Source of the DNA: Flavobacteriales bacterium | Lineage (GTDB): Bacteria; Bacteroidota; Bacteroidia; Flavobacteriales_F; PHOS-HE28 | Reading direction: 5' to 3' | Assembly: GCA_020852835.1 (NCBI GenBank) | Contig: JADZAC010000012.1 | Coordinates: 58,499 to 122,498 of the forward strand | Length of the DNA stretch: 64,000 nt | Shown here: positions 37,299 to 47,141 of the stretch, in pieces | How the letters are laid out: the number at the start of each line of letters is the position of its first letter | Position numbering within the stretch: the stretch's first letter is position 1 | Position numbers and translations under genes: made by a program | Notes under the pieces: model-generated | Databases searched by the model: none | Told to the model about the DNA's origin: nothing | What the model saw: the letters and a program-made list of their open reading frames with translations, nothing else

Positions 37299-38824
37299 GC
37301 GGCACCGGTTTTCAAGCCTGCCTCCAGGCGGGTGAGCACTTCGGTGCGGCCGAGAATTGCGCTGACATCGAACATGCCCGGTCCTTGCATGCGCCCGGCC
37401 ACGCACAGGCGGTACACCGGCATGAGCTGGCCCATCTTCAGGCCGTGTTCCTGCAAGGCCAGGTTGAAGGCTTGTTCGAAATCCGCGGCTTCGGCGGCGG
37501 CCATGGCGCCCACCTGGGCGATGAAGCTGGCCAAGGCGGCGGCGGTACCCGGCTTCCAGCGTTTTTGCAGTTCAGCCATGGCCTCTTCGTTGTTCAGCAA
37601 GGGCGAACCCTGTGTGAAGAGGTATTCCCCCTCGAGCATGTCCACGGGGAAGGTGGCACGCTCCTTCAACAAAGCCGCTGCGGCGGTGGCCTTATCGGCC
37701 GTGGAGGCCACGCCCATGCCGGCCAGGAGCTGGCGGAGCTGGGCGCCCAATGCGGCATCGGGCTGCTGGCGCAGGTATTGCTGGTTGAACCAGCGTGCTT
37801 TTTCGGGATCGAAGCGGGCGCCGCCCTTGTGCACCCGTTCCAGGTCGAAGAGGGCGGCAAGCTCGTCCATGGTCATGATCTCCTGGTCGGTTCCCGGGTT
37901 CCAGCCCAGCAGGGCGAGCATGTTGATGAAGGCTTCCGGGTAGTAGCCGCGTTCGCGGTAGCCGCTGCTGCGTTCGCCGCTGGCGGGGTCCACCCAGTCC
38001 AAGGGAAACACGGGGAACCCGAGGCGGTCGCCATCGCGTTTGCTCAGCTTGCCGTTTCCGTCGGGCTTGAGGATCAATGGCAGGTGGGCGAAAGCGGGCC
38101 GTTCCCAGCCGAACGCCTCGTAGATGAGCACATGGAGCGGTGCGCTGGGCAGCCATTCTTCACCGCGGATCACATGGGTGATGGCCATGAGGTGGTCATC
38201 AACGATGTTGGCCAGGTGGTAGGTGGGCATGCCATCGCTCTTGTAGAGCACCTTGTCGTCGATGTTGCTGGTGTGCACATTGACCCAACCGCGGATGAGG
38301 TCCTCAAAGCGCACTTCGGCCTGCCGCGGCACTTTGAGCCGCACCACATGTTCATCACCCCTGGCCAGCCGCTCCCGGGTTTCGGCCGTGCTGAGGGTGA
38401 GGCTGTTGCGCATGTGCTCACGGGTAACGGCATTGTAGGCCGGGGCGGCCACCCCTGCGGCCTTGAGGCGTTCGCGCATGGCCTCCAATTCTTCGGCGGT
38501 GTCGAAGGCGTAATAGGCTTTGTCCTCGTGCACGAGCCGTTCCGCGTATTCGCGGTAGAGGTGCTTGCGTTCGCTTTGGCGGTAGGGCCCGTGGGGTCCG
38601 CCCTGCCAGGGGTCTTCCACCGTCTTCAGGCCGCACCAGGCAAGGGATTGGCGGATGTAGTCCTCGGCACCGGGCACAAAGCGGGCCTGGTCGGTATCCT
38701 CGATGCGCAGCAGGAACTGCCCGCCGTGCTTGCGCGCGAAGAGGTAGTTGTACAAGGCGGTGCGGACACCGCCCATGTGGAGCGGGCCTGTGGGGCTGGG
38801 AGCAAAACGTACACGAACGGACAT
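37289..38824 (-). CDS. gltX: glutamate--tRNA ligase
   Basis: MSVRVRFAPSPTGPLHMGG (HIGH-type motif), KLSKRDG (KMSKS-type motif), and bacterial GluRS length and architecture. Confidence 0.9.
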   Translation of the reverse strand: MSVRVRFAPSPTGPLHMGGVRTALYNYLFARKHGGQFLLRIEDTDQARFVPGAEDYIRQSLAWCGLKTVEDPWQGGPHGPYRQSERKHLYREYAERLVHEDKAYYAFDTAEELEAMRERLKAAGVAAPAYNAVTREHMRNSLTLSTAETRERLARGDEHVVRLKVPRQAEVRFEDLIRGWVNVHTSNIDDKVLYKSDGMPTYHLANIVDDHLMAITHVIRGEEWLPSAPLHVLIYEAFGWERPAFAHLPLILKPDGNGKLSKRDGDRLGFPVFPLDWVDPASGERSSGYRERGYYPEAFINMLALLGWNPGTDQEIMTMDELAALFDLERVHKGGARFDPEKARWFNQQYLRQQPDAALGAQLRQLLAGMGVASTADKATAAAALLKERATFPVDMLEGEYLFTQGSPLLNNEEAMAELQKRWKPGTAAALASFIAQVGAMAAAEAADFEQAFNLALQEHGLKMGQLMPVYRLCVAGRMQGPGMFDVSAILGRTEVLTRLEAGLKTGAAWG

Positions 38825-38901
38825 GCGGCAAGGTGTGAGGGCCCGCCCGGCGAAGGCCGCCGGGTTGGCAATGGCCGCGAAATTAGGCGTACCGGGGCCG
38901 A

Positions 38902-39204
38902 TCACACCTCCACGCCCTTCTCCACGATGCGCTTCCACTCGGGATGCTTGCGCAGGTGGTCGGTAACGAAGGCGCACATAGGGACCAACTTGAGGTTGTT
39001 TGCTTCGATATAGCTGAACACGCGTTCCACGATGATCGTCCCAATGCCCCGGCTCTCCAAGGACTTGGGCACCTTGGCGTGGGTGAGGAACATTTTGGTG
39101 CCGTTGAGCTCATACTCCACTTTGGCCATCCGGCCTTCAACTTCCATTTCAAACTGGCGGGAACTCGTGTCGTTGATCAGGGGAATTTGGTAGAGGTCGT
39201 TCAT
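38902..39204 (-). CDS. small GNAT-family N-acetyltransferase-like protein (100 aa)
   Basis: FLTHAKVPKSLESRGIGTIIVERVFSYIEANNLKLVPMCAFV is an acetyl-CoA binding R/Q-x-x-G-x-G/A-like segment. Confidence 0.65.
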   Translation of the reverse strand: MNDLYQIPLINDTSSRQFEMEVEGRMAKVEYELNGTKMFLTHAKVPKSLESRGIGTIIVERVFSYIEANNLKLVPMCAFVTDHLRKHPEWKRIVEKGVEV

Positions 39205-39330
39205 AGCGTATTGATCGGTTCCTTACGGGTTGAACTAGCGCGAAGCGATAGGGGTGCACAAAGATAAGGATGTATGCAGGCCCGAGGGGTGCGGCCGCGC
39301 AGCCGCCTGCGTGGCTAGCGTTTCCGGGTG

Positions 39331-39361
39331 TTGGAAACAATTATTGTACAAAACGTTTCCA
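39331..39361. promoter_or_regulatory. candidate TetR operator: inverted repeat TTGGAAAC-N15-GTTTCCAA enclosing the palindromes TTGTACAA and AAACGTTT, overlapping a TAnnTTTG-type -7 box (TATTTTTG at 39378-39385)
   Basis: Read directly. Located 35-65 nt upstream of the TetR start codon. A second TGTACAA half-site lies at 39363-39369. Confidence 0.4.
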
Positions 39362-39395
39362 ATGTACAAGTTGTTTCTATTTTTGCGCCCCGGAA

Positions 39396-40058
39396 ATGGA
39401 ACTTACGGACGAAAGACCGAAGGATGAACGCGGCGTACGCCTCCTGGAGGAGGCGGCGAAGGTGTTCATGTCCTGCGGCATCAAGGGCGTTACCATGGAC
39501 GACATGGCCACGCGGCTCGGGATCAGCAAGAAGACACTGTACCAGCATGTGAAGGACAAGAACGACCTGGTGGAGAAGGTGCTCACGCAGTTCAGTGAGC
39601 ACAACCGCTGCAAGATCACCAGCTTGTTGGGGAAGGGCGACAACGCGATCGATGAGCTGTTCGACATCCATACCAGCCTGGCCGTCCAGCTACGGGGCAT
39701 CCATCCCTCCATCCACTTCGACCTGGAGAAGTACCACCCCGAGGCGTTCCGGCGGTGGATGGACAGCCAGCGGGCGGAGATCTATACCTGCCAGGCCCAG
39801 AACCTGGAGCGCGGCATCCGGGAGGGGCTGTACCGGGAGGGGATCCACATTCCCATCATCGCCACCATCTACATCGCCCGCTTCGATATGATCTTCGACG
39901 GCACCCTGTTCCCTCCGGAGCGTTTTGCCTTGAATGAAGTGCTCTGGGAGCTGTACCGTTACCACGTGCGAGGCATCGCCAGCCCCAAGGGGATCAAATA
40001 CCTGGAGAAAAAAGTGGCGCGCGAGATGCGGCCTTCACCAACCATTGCACGCAAGTAA
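39396..40058 (+). CDS. TetR/AcrR-family transcriptional regulator
   Basis: N-terminal HTH (GIKGVTMDDMATRLGISKKTLYQHVKDKNDLV). First gene of the efflux operon. Internal Met at 39396 chosen. Confidence 0.85.
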   Translation: MELTDERPKDERGVRLLEEAAKVFMSCGIKGVTMDDMATRLGISKKTLYQHVKDKNDLVEKVLTQFSEHNRCKITSLLGKGDNAIDELFDIHTSLAVQLRGIHPSIHFDLEKYHPEAFRRWMDSQRAEIYTCQAQNLERGIREGLYREGIHIPIIATIYIARFDMIFDGTLFPPERFALNEVLWELYRYHVRGIASPKGIKYLEKKVAREMRPSPTIARK

Positions 40059-40068
40059 AGCGAACAAC

Positions 40069-41388
40069 ATGAGGCGATCCATCATCGCGGCATTCATCCT
40101 GCTGGCAGGCGCGCTGGCGGCCCAAGGGCCGGTGAGCCTGTCCCTGCAACAGGCCATGGACCAGGCTGCCACGCAGAGCTACTCCGTGCAGTACAGTACC
40201 CTGGAGGCTGAAAAGGCCGAAGCCAAGATCAAGGAGATCTTGGGTGTCGGTCTTCCCCAGGTGGCGGCATCCGCGGGGTTGAACAACTACCTGAAGGTGC
40301 CCACCCAGGTGATCCCCAACTTCTTCGGCAATGACCCGCCCACCATGGAGATCCAGTTGGGTGTGCCCTGGATGCTGAACGGCGGCGTGCAATTGAACCA
40401 GCTGCTCTTTGATGGCAGCTACCTCGTGGGGCTTCAGGCCACCCGGGAGCTCAAGGAGAAGGCGGGCATGGACCTGGAGAAAGCACGGCATGATGCGCGT
40501 GCACAAGCCGCCAAGGCCTACTACGCGGTACTTGCCGCGGAGGAAGGTGTGCGGCTGCTGGGGGAAAGCCTGCCCCTGCTGGAGAAGAGCACCAATGACG
40601 CGCAGGCCATGGTGCAGCAGGGCTTTATGGAAAGCACCGATGTGGACCGGCTCACCATACAGCTTGCCGATACACGAAACCGCCAAAGCAACCTGAAGCA
40701 GCAGGCCAACGTGGCCCGTGCCTACCTGGCCTTGGTGCTGGGCCTGCCCGGCGGCACACCGATCACCCTCACCGACCCGCTGGACCATTTGATGGGCGAT
40801 GCCGTCGAAAAGGCATTGGCGGCGCAACCCTTCGATGCGGCGCAGCACATCGACCAGCAACTGGCCGCTTCCCAAGTGCGCCTGGCCGGTATGGAAGTGC
40901 GCCACCAACAGGCCGGCTACCTGCCGCAATTGGCCGGGTTCATCAACTACCAGCAGCAGTTCAACAGCACGGAGTTCAACCCGGGTGAGGGGCCCTGGTT
41001 CCCATCCTCCATGTGGGGCCTCTCGCTGAACGTGCCGATCTTCAGCAGCGGCATGCGGCACAACCGCGTGAAACAGGCGCGCATCACCATGCGGGAAGCC
41101 GAGGTGAACAGCACTGCCACCGAGCAGCGGCTGCGCACCGAACACTTGCAGCAGCTAGCCGTGCTCACCGCGGCTGAGGACAGCTACCAAACGGCCAAGG
41201 CCAACATGGCGCTTGCAGGCACCATTTTCCAACGCACCACCGTGAAGTTCAACGAAGGCATGGGCAGCAGCTTCGAGCTCACCCAGGAGCACGCCAACTA
41301 CCTCACGGCACAACAGCACTACATACAGGCCATGCTGGACCTTCTGCAGTCCCGCACGGACATGCGCAAGGCACTGGACCTGTATTGA
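40069..41388 (+). CDS. TolC-family outer membrane efflux protein
   Basis: Signal peptide plus a duplicated alpha-helical/beta-barrel OEP repeat architecture. Follows the TetR gene by 10 nt. Confidence 0.85.
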   Translation: MRRSIIAAFILLAGALAAQGPVSLSLQQAMDQAATQSYSVQYSTLEAEKAEAKIKEILGVGLPQVAASAGLNNYLKVPTQVIPNFFGNDPPTMEIQLGVPWMLNGGVQLNQLLFDGSYLVGLQATRELKEKAGMDLEKARHDARAQAAKAYYAVLAAEEGVRLLGESLPLLEKSTNDAQAMVQQGFMESTDVDRLTIQLADTRNRQSNLKQQANVARAYLALVLGLPGGTPITLTDPLDHLMGDAVEKALAAQPFDAAQHIDQQLAASQVRLAGMEVRHQQAGYLPQLAGFINYQQQFNSTEFNPGEGPWFPSSMWGLSLNVPIFSSGMRHNRVKQARITMREAEVNSTATEQRLRTEHLQQLAVLTAAEDSYQTAKANMALAGTIFQRTTVKFNEGMGSSFELTQEHANYLTAQQHYIQAMLDLLQSRTDMRKALDLY

Positions 41389-41467
41389 TCCGCCAACCGA
41401 TAAGCAAATCAGCCCAAGCACCATCCGCCAGGACAGCGATGAAGGCGGACCGACACCACGAAAACCG

Positions 41468-42634
41468 ATGACACCAACGATCAAACGAGCATGGCCCCTG
41501 ATCCCCGTACTGGTGCTGCTCCAAGCATGCGGCGGCGGGCATGCCGACGGGGAGGTGGCCCGAAAACGGGCGGAACGCGACTCGCTGAAAGCGGCCTACG
41601 AACAGGTGGGCAAGCAGCTCAAGGCCGTGGAGGAATGGCTTGTGGAGAACGACAGCACCGTGCACCGCAACCTTCCGGTGATCACTGCGGCGGCCGTGGC
41701 CAACGAACCCTTCGCCCACTATGTGGACGTGCACGGCAACGTGCGTGCGGACAAGGCTGCCGCCCTGTACAGCAACGGCGGCCGGGTGCGCAAGATCCAT
41801 GTGGCGCCCGGCGACCGGGTGGCCGCAGGCCAGCTGATCATCACCATCGACAACGACCTGGCCGCGGAACAGATCCAACAGGCCGAGGCCGCCGTGGACC
41901 TGGCCCGCACCGCCTTCCAGAAGCAGGAGCGCCTGTGGCAGCAGAAGATCGGCAGCGAAATGCAATACCTGCAGGCCAAGAGCCAGAAGGAGCAGGCCGA
42001 GGCCGGCCTGGCCACCCTGCGCGAGCAGCAACGCCTCACCAACATCACCGCACCGTTCAACGGCACGGTGGATGAGATCATGGTGCGCATGGGCGACATG
42101 ACGAGCCCCATGCAGCCGGCGGCCCGCGTGGTGGACCTCAGCGGAGTGCAGCTGGAAGCGGATGTGCCCGAGAGCTACCTGCGCACGATCAAGACCGGCG
42201 CACCGGTGGTGGTCACCTTTCCTTCAGTGGGCGACACCTTCCAAGCCAAGCTGGACCATGTGGGCCAGTTCATCGACCCCGCCAACCGCACGTTCAAAGT
42301 CACCGTGCGGGTGCCCCAAGGCGAGCGCCTGATGCGCCCCAACCTGCTCAGCGACATCAGCATCCAGGACCACCGCAGCGACAGTGCCCTGGTGGTGCCC
42401 GCCCGGGCCGTGCTGCAGGACGTGAAGGGCAACAACTACGTGTACGTGCTGGACACCACCAACGGTGGTGATGAGGCCAAGGCGCGCAAAGTGATGGTGC
42501 AGCGCATCAGCGAATACAAAGGCCGCGTGCAGGTGGCACCGGTGGACAACGGCGCGCTCAAGGGCGGCGACCGCATCGTGAACGAAGGTGCCAAGAACGT
42601 GACCGACGGATTGGCCGTGCGCGTGGCGAATTGA
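41468..42634 (+). CDS. efflux RND transporter periplasmic adaptor subunit (MFP, lipoprotein)
   Basis: Lipobox LLQAC, coiled-coil hairpin, biotinyl/lipoyl-like and beta-barrel domains typical of HlyD/AcrA. Confidence 0.85.
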   Translation: MTPTIKRAWPLIPVLVLLQACGGGHADGEVARKRAERDSLKAAYEQVGKQLKAVEEWLVENDSTVHRNLPVITAAAVANEPFAHYVDVHGNVRADKAAALYSNGGRVRKIHVAPGDRVAAGQLIITIDNDLAAEQIQQAEAAVDLARTAFQKQERLWQQKIGSEMQYLQAKSQKEQAEAGLATLREQQRLTNITAPFNGTVDEIMVRMGDMTSPMQPAARVVDLSGVQLEADVPESYLRTIKTGAPVVVTFPSVGDTFQAKLDHVGQFIDPANRTFKVTVRVPQGERLMRPNLLSDISIQDHRSDSALVVPARAVLQDVKGNNYVYVLDTTNGGDEAKARKVMVQRISEYKGRVQVAPVDNGALKGGDRIVNEGAKNVTDGLAVRVAN

Positions 42635-42650
42635 AAAGGCGGAAGGGGTT

Positions 42651-42754
42651 CACCACAGAGGCACAGAGGACACAGAGAAAGACCACATGAAGCGGCAAGG
42701 AGCGGATCAGCGAGTGCGAGTTGCATTCCTCTGTGTCTCCGCGCCTCTGTGGTG
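42651..42754. repeat. imperfect long inverted repeat with tandem CACAGAG units in the adaptor-pump intergenic spacer
   Basis: Left arm caccacagaggcacagaggacacagag (CACAGAG x3, 42651-42677), a 51-nt loop, and right arm ctctgtgtctccgcgcctctgtggtg (42729-42754). The outer 11 bp and inner 9 bp are perfectly complementary. Confidence 0.5.
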
Positions 42755-42768
42755 AAAAGCATTCCAGC

Positions 42769-45700
42769 ATGAGCTCACACGACATCGAAAAAGACCTGCA
42801 CGGCCCCGAGCGCCAATTCGCCATCACCAGCTGGGCGGTGAAGAACCGCACCACGGTGATCGTGCTCACCCTGCTCATCTGCGTGATGGGCATCCGGGCC
42901 TACTTCGTAATGCCCAAGGTGAGCTTCCCCGAGGTGGTGACCCCCGAGGTGTTCATCGGCACCCCGTACAACAGCAGCTCGGTGGTGGACATCGAGAAGC
43001 TCATCACCAAGCCCATCGAGAAGGAGCTCAACACCATCAGTGGCGTGGATGAGATCAAGAGCACCAGCGTGCCCAACTTCAGCTCCATCCACATCAAGTT
43101 CGACTACAACGTAACCCCCACCGAGGCCTTGCGCAAGGTGAAGGATGCCGTGGACAAGGCGCGCGGCGATGCCGATTTCCCCCGGGACCTTCCTGCGGAG
43201 CCCAACGTGTTCGAGATGAACTTCTCGGAGCTGATCCCGGTGATGAACATCAACCTCAGCGGCGACTACCCCATGGAACAGCTCCATGAGTATGCGCGGC
43301 ACCTGGAGGACCGCATCGAAGACCTGGCCGAGATCAACAAGGTGGAGATCCGCGGGGTGCCGGAACGCGAAGTGAAGGTGAGCGTGGACCTGGCACAACT
43401 GGAAGCCCTGCAACTGAACTTCGACGACATTGCCAATGCGCTGCGATCGGAGAACCTCACCCTCAGCGGCGGCGAGATCCTTACCCAGGACCAGCGGCGC
43501 AGTGTGCGCGTGATCGGTGAATTCACCGGCATGGAACAGGTCCGCAACATCGTGGTGAAAAACGAGAACCAGCGCGAGGTGCGCCTGCGCGATGTGGCCG
43601 ATGTCACCTTCGGCTTCAAGGAACCGGAGAGCTTCGCACGGGAGTACGGCAAGAGCGTGGTGATGCTTGACGTGATCAAGCGGGCCGGCGAAAACCTGCT
43701 GGATGCAAGCGACAAGATCAACGCCATCATCAAGGAAGACCACGGCACCGTGCTGCCCAAGGACCTGGTGATCACCCTCACCGGCGACCAGAGCGACCAG
43801 ACCCGCGTGAGCGTGGATGAGCTGATGAACCACATCGTACTGGGCGTGATCCTGGTGGTGGGCGTGCTCATGCTCTTCCTGGGCCTGCGCAACGCCGTGT
43901 TCGTGGGCTTGGCCATCCCCATGTCCATGTTCATCTCCTTCACCCTGCTCAATGCCTTCGGAGTGACCCTGAACATGATGGTGCTCTTCGCCCTGATCCT
44001 GGCCCTTGGCCGCCTGGTGGACGACGGCATCGTGATCGTGGAGAACATCCACCGCCACATGACCAATGGCGAACCCGCCCTGAAGGCCACCCGGCTGGCC
44101 GTGGGCGAGGTGACCATGCCCATCATCGCCGCCACCACCGCCACGGTGATGGTGTTCGTGCCGCTGCTCTTCTGGCCCGGCATGATGGGCGAGTTCATGA
44201 AGTACCTGCCCATCACCTTCATGATCGCGCTGGCCAGCTCGCTCTTCGTGGCGCTGGTGGTGAACCCGGCGCTGGCATCCAAGTTCATGCGGGTGGAAGA
44301 GGACCATATGCCCACCCGCAAGATGTGGCGCTGGGCCCTCATCCTCAGCGTGGCGGGGGCGGTGGTCGGTGCGCTGGGGGCCGGCATGCAGAGCAACGGT
44401 GTCTTCGGTATCGGCATGCTCATTATCTTCTTCGGCCTCATGGGTATTGCCAATGAAAAGCTTTTCGTGCCCGCCGCCCATTGGTTCCAATACTCCTGGC
44501 TGCCCCGATTGGAGGCGCGCTACGAGCAGTTCCTCCGTTATGCCTTGGCCAAGCACCACCCGCGCACCTTCCTCCTGGGCACGGTGGGCTTGCTCATTCT
44601 GGCATTCATGCTCTTTGGCCTGTTCCCGCCCCAAACCGTGTTCTTCCCCACCAACCAGCCCCAGTTCATCAACGTCTTCATTGAGGCGCCGATCGGTACG
44701 GACATTCTGCGCACCGACAGCATAACGCGGCTGGTGGAAAAGCAAGTGATGAAGGTGATCGACGTGCCGCAATTCCGGGAGGTGCGCGAGATCAAGGATG
44801 ACCAGGGCAACGTGACGGGCACCGACACGGTGAACTTCCTGGTGAACTCGGTGATCGCGCAGGTGGGCGAGGGCACCAGTGACCCCGGCACGGGCGAAGT
44901 GGAGCTGAGCGCCACCCCGCACAAGGCCCGGATCCAGGTGAACTTCGTGAAGTTCGCCGACCGCCACGGGGTGAACACCAACGATGTGCTGGCCAGCCTG
45001 CAAAAGGGCGTGGCCGGTTATCCGGGCGTGGTGACCACCGTGGTGAAGAATGCCGACGGCCCGCCTACGGGCAAGCCGATCAACATCGAGATCCGCGGCA
45101 AGGACATCAACGGCTTGCTGGACGAGGCCGAAAAGGTCAAAGCGTTCATCGAGAGCAAGAACGTGCCTGGCGTGGAGGCTTTGCGCATCGATATTGACCG
45201 CGCCAAGCCCGAGATGCCCATTGTGATCGACCGCGAAAAGGCGCGCCGCCTGAACGTGAGCACCTACCAGGTGGCCGATGCCATCCGCACGGCACTCTTC
45301 GGGAGGGAGGTGAGCACCTACCGCATCGAGGGGGACGATGATGACTACGAGATCAACGTGCGCCTGAAGGACGCGTACCGGTACGATACCCAGCGCCTGA
45401 TGGACATGAAGATCACCTTCCGCGACATGCTCAACGGCCAGATCAGGCAAGTGCCCATCAGCGCCGTGGCCAAGGAAGAGTACAAGACCACCTTCAGCGC
45501 CATCAAGCGCAAGGACCTCGACCGCGTGGTAACGGTGAGCAGCAACGTGGTGGCCCCTTACAACAACAACGAAGTGGTGCAGCACATCAAGGACGAGATG
45601 GCCACTGGCTACCACGTGGACGACCGCTTCAACCTGCGTTTCACCGGTGAGCAGGAGGATCAGGCCAAGGACATGGGCTTCCTGATGACCGCCTTCCTGG

Positions 45701-46314
45701 TGGCCATCTTCGTGGTGTTCCTCATCATTGTGGCGCAGTTCAACAGCATCAGTTACCCCATGATCGTGATGAGCACGGTGGTGTTCAGCACCATCGGAGT
45801 ATTCCTGGGCTTGATCGTTTTCCGCATGGATTTCGTGATCTTGATGACCATGCTGGGCATCATCTCGCTGATCGGCGTGGTGGTGAACAATGCGATCGTG
45901 CTCATGGATTTCGCCCGGCTGCTTTTCGCCCGCGCACAGCGCAAGCTGGGCTTGGCCGAAGACACCGTCATCCCCATTGAAGAAAGCCGCGAGGCCTTGG
46001 TGCTGGCCGGCCGTACGCGTTTGCGGCCCGTGCTGCTCACTGCCGTAACGGCGGTGCTCGGTCTACTACCGCTGGCCATCGGCCTCAACTTCAACTTCTT
46101 CACCCTCTTCAGCGAATTGGACCCCCACATCCACATGGGCGGCGACAATGTGGTGTTCTGGGGGCCGTTGAGCTGGGCAGTGATCTACGGGCTCATCTTC
46201 GCCACCTTCCTCACGCTGATCATGGTGCCGGTGATGCTGCTGATCGTGCAGAAGATCAAGCACCGCAGGCAGTGGAAGCACCAGTTGCACGAAGCTGGAA
46301 AGGCAGCCGCTTAG
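42769..46314 (+). CDS. efflux RND transporter permease subunit (AcrB/HAE1-like)
   Basis: 12-TM RND architecture. TM4 motif LVDDGIVIVEN with an AcrB-like DD pair. 1181 aa. The ORF-track start 42721 runs through the hairpin, so the Met at 42769 was chosen. Confidence 0.9.
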   Translation: MSSHDIEKDLHGPERQFAITSWAVKNRTTVIVLTLLICVMGIRAYFVMPKVSFPEVVTPEVFIGTPYNSSSVVDIEKLITKPIEKELNTISGVDEIKSTSVPNFSSIHIKFDYNVTPTEALRKVKDAVDKARGDADFPRDLPAEPNVFEMNFSELIPVMNINLSGDYPMEQLHEYARHLEDRIEDLAEINKVEIRGVPEREVKVSVDLAQLEALQLNFDDIANALRSENLTLSGGEILTQDQRRSVRVIGEFTGMEQVRNIVVKNENQREVRLRDVADVTFGFKEPESFAREYGKSVVMLDVIKRAGENLLDASDKINAIIKEDHGTVLPKDLVITLTGDQSDQTRVSVDELMNHIVLGVILVVGVLMLFLGLRNAVFVGLAIPMSMFISFTLLNAFGVTLNMMVLFALILALGRLVDDGIVIVENIHRHMTNGEPALKATRLAVGEVTMPIIAATTATVMVFVPLLFWPGMMGEFMKYLPITFMIALASSLFVALVVNPALASKFMRVEEDHMPTRKMWRWALILSVAGAVVGALGAGMQSNGVFGIGMLIIFFGLMGIANEKLFVPAAHWFQYSWLPRLEARYEQFLRYALAKHHPRTFLLGTVGLLILAFMLFGLFPPQTVFFPTNQPQFINVFIEAPIGTDILRTDSITRLVEKQVMKVIDVPQFREVREIKDDQGNVTGTDTVNFLVNSVIAQVGEGTSDPGTGEVELSATPHKARIQVNFVKFADRHGVNTNDVLASLQKGVAGYPGVVTTVVKNADGPPTGKPINIEIRGKDINGLLDEAEKVKAFIESKNVPGVEALRIDIDRAKPEMPIVIDREKARRLNVSTYQVADAIRTALFGREVSTYRIEGDDDDYEINVRLKDAYRYDTQRLMDMKITFRDMLNGQIRQVPISAVAKEEYKTTFSAIKRKDLDRVVTVSSNVVAPYNNNEVVQHIKDEMATGYHVDDRFNLRFTGEQEDQAKDMGFLMTAFLVAIFVVFLIIVAQFNSISYPMIVMSTVVFSTIGVFLGLIVFRMDFVILMTMLGIISLIGVVVNNAIVLMDFARLLFARAQRKLGLAEDTVIPIEESREALVLAGRTRLRPVLLTAVTAVLGLLPLAIGLNFNFFTLFSELDPHIHMGGDNVVFWGPLSWAVIYGLIFATFLTLIMVPVMLLIVQKIKHRRQWKHQLHEAGKAAA

Positions 46315-46342
46315 GATAACATGTTGGTGGACGCCGCGAGGA

Positions 46343-46366
46343 GGGGCGCGGCGGAAACTGCGCCCC
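46343..46366. terminator. GC-rich hairpin between convergent RND pump and small hypothetical gene
   Basis: GGGGCGC-GGCGGAAACT-GCGCCCC. No T-tract on either side. Confidence 0.35.
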
Positions 46367-46392
46367 CCCGTTGCGGCGCAAGGCCGCTTCTG

Positions 46393-46659
46393 TCAGCGCC
46401 AATAGTTGTTGGCGGCAGCCACCGTCTGGAAGTTGATGGCGATCACCTGCGATGCCGCTGTGAGGCTGTCCGCATTGTTGGCGTAATCGCCGCGCAACTT
46501 GTCGCGCACCTCGGCCGAAGGCTGGGTGTACTTCACGCCCATGCGCGAAAGTTTGATGGCCAGTTCATAGCCTTCTTGCGGTGTTGCAGTGATCAGGGAG
46601 GTAAGCCAAATATCCGCCATGGTCATGGGAAGTTTGTACCTGGCGAACTTAGGGTACAT
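46393..46659 (-). CDS. hypothetical small protein (88 aa)
   Basis: MYPKFARYKLPMTMADIWLTSLITATPQEGYELAIKL... has coding-like composition in a locally lower-GC stretch. Internal Met chosen. Confidence 0.45.
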   Translation of the reverse strand: MYPKFARYKLPMTMADIWLTSLITATPQEGYELAIKLSRMGVKYTQPSAEVRDKLRGDYANNADSLTAASQVIAINFQTVAAANNYWR

Positions 46660-46763
46660 CCTTATAACAAGTGCGGCCCAAGCCTCGCGATCGTTAAAAC
46701 ATCCCTTGGAATTCCCGGGAACCAATTCCGCAACGCACCTTGGTGGAACACAACACGGCCGCC

Positions 46764-47141
46764 ATGGTTTCCCTGAATACGAGCACACTGCTGGCATGCA
46801 TCTCCCTGTCCGCTTGCACGCCGTCAGGACAAGGTTTGCCGCCCGCCGGAGGGCAAGCCCCCGCACAAGCCGGTGCGCCGATCCACGGCGGCCAGGACCA
46901 TGGTGATCCATTGGCGGCATTTGACATTCTCCAGCACACTTGTGCGCTGTATGTGGCCCTGCATTCCCGGGCACTGGATGAGCGCATTTCCTTCGGCCGC
47001 AACCTCAGTGACGCCCAGGTCCACTGGAACATGTGCCCGGGAGGAACCATGGTGGCCTGTGCCACGGCGCCCGCACCGCATGGAGGGGAACCGGTCCGGG
47101 CAGGTATTCCTTGGCCCTATGCGCCGCCTGCTTCCCGCTGA
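46764..47141 (+). CDS. candidate Cys/His-rich small lipoprotein (125 aa), uncertain
   Basis: MVSLNTSTLLACISLSAC is a lipoprotein-type signal. Contains HGGQDHGD, HTC, NMC and VAC motifs. GC3 is lower than in core genes. Overlapped by an antisense ORF, so the call is tentative. Confidence 0.25.
   Translation: MVSLNTSTLLACISLSACTPSGQGLPPAGGQAPAQAGAPIHGGQDHGDPLAAFDILQHTCALYVALHSRALDERISFGRNLSDAQVHWNMCPGGTMVACATAPAPHGGEPVRAGIPWPYAPPASR

Noticed and set aside
42721-42768. Upstream in-frame start (42721) for the RND pump
   Set aside because: It would translate through the CACAGAG hairpin element. The Met at 42769 gives the canonical start just before the first TM helix.
42775-45615. 946-aa minus-strand ORF inside the RND pump gene
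   Set aside because: It is antisense to a clear AcrB-family permease and has no recognisable domains.
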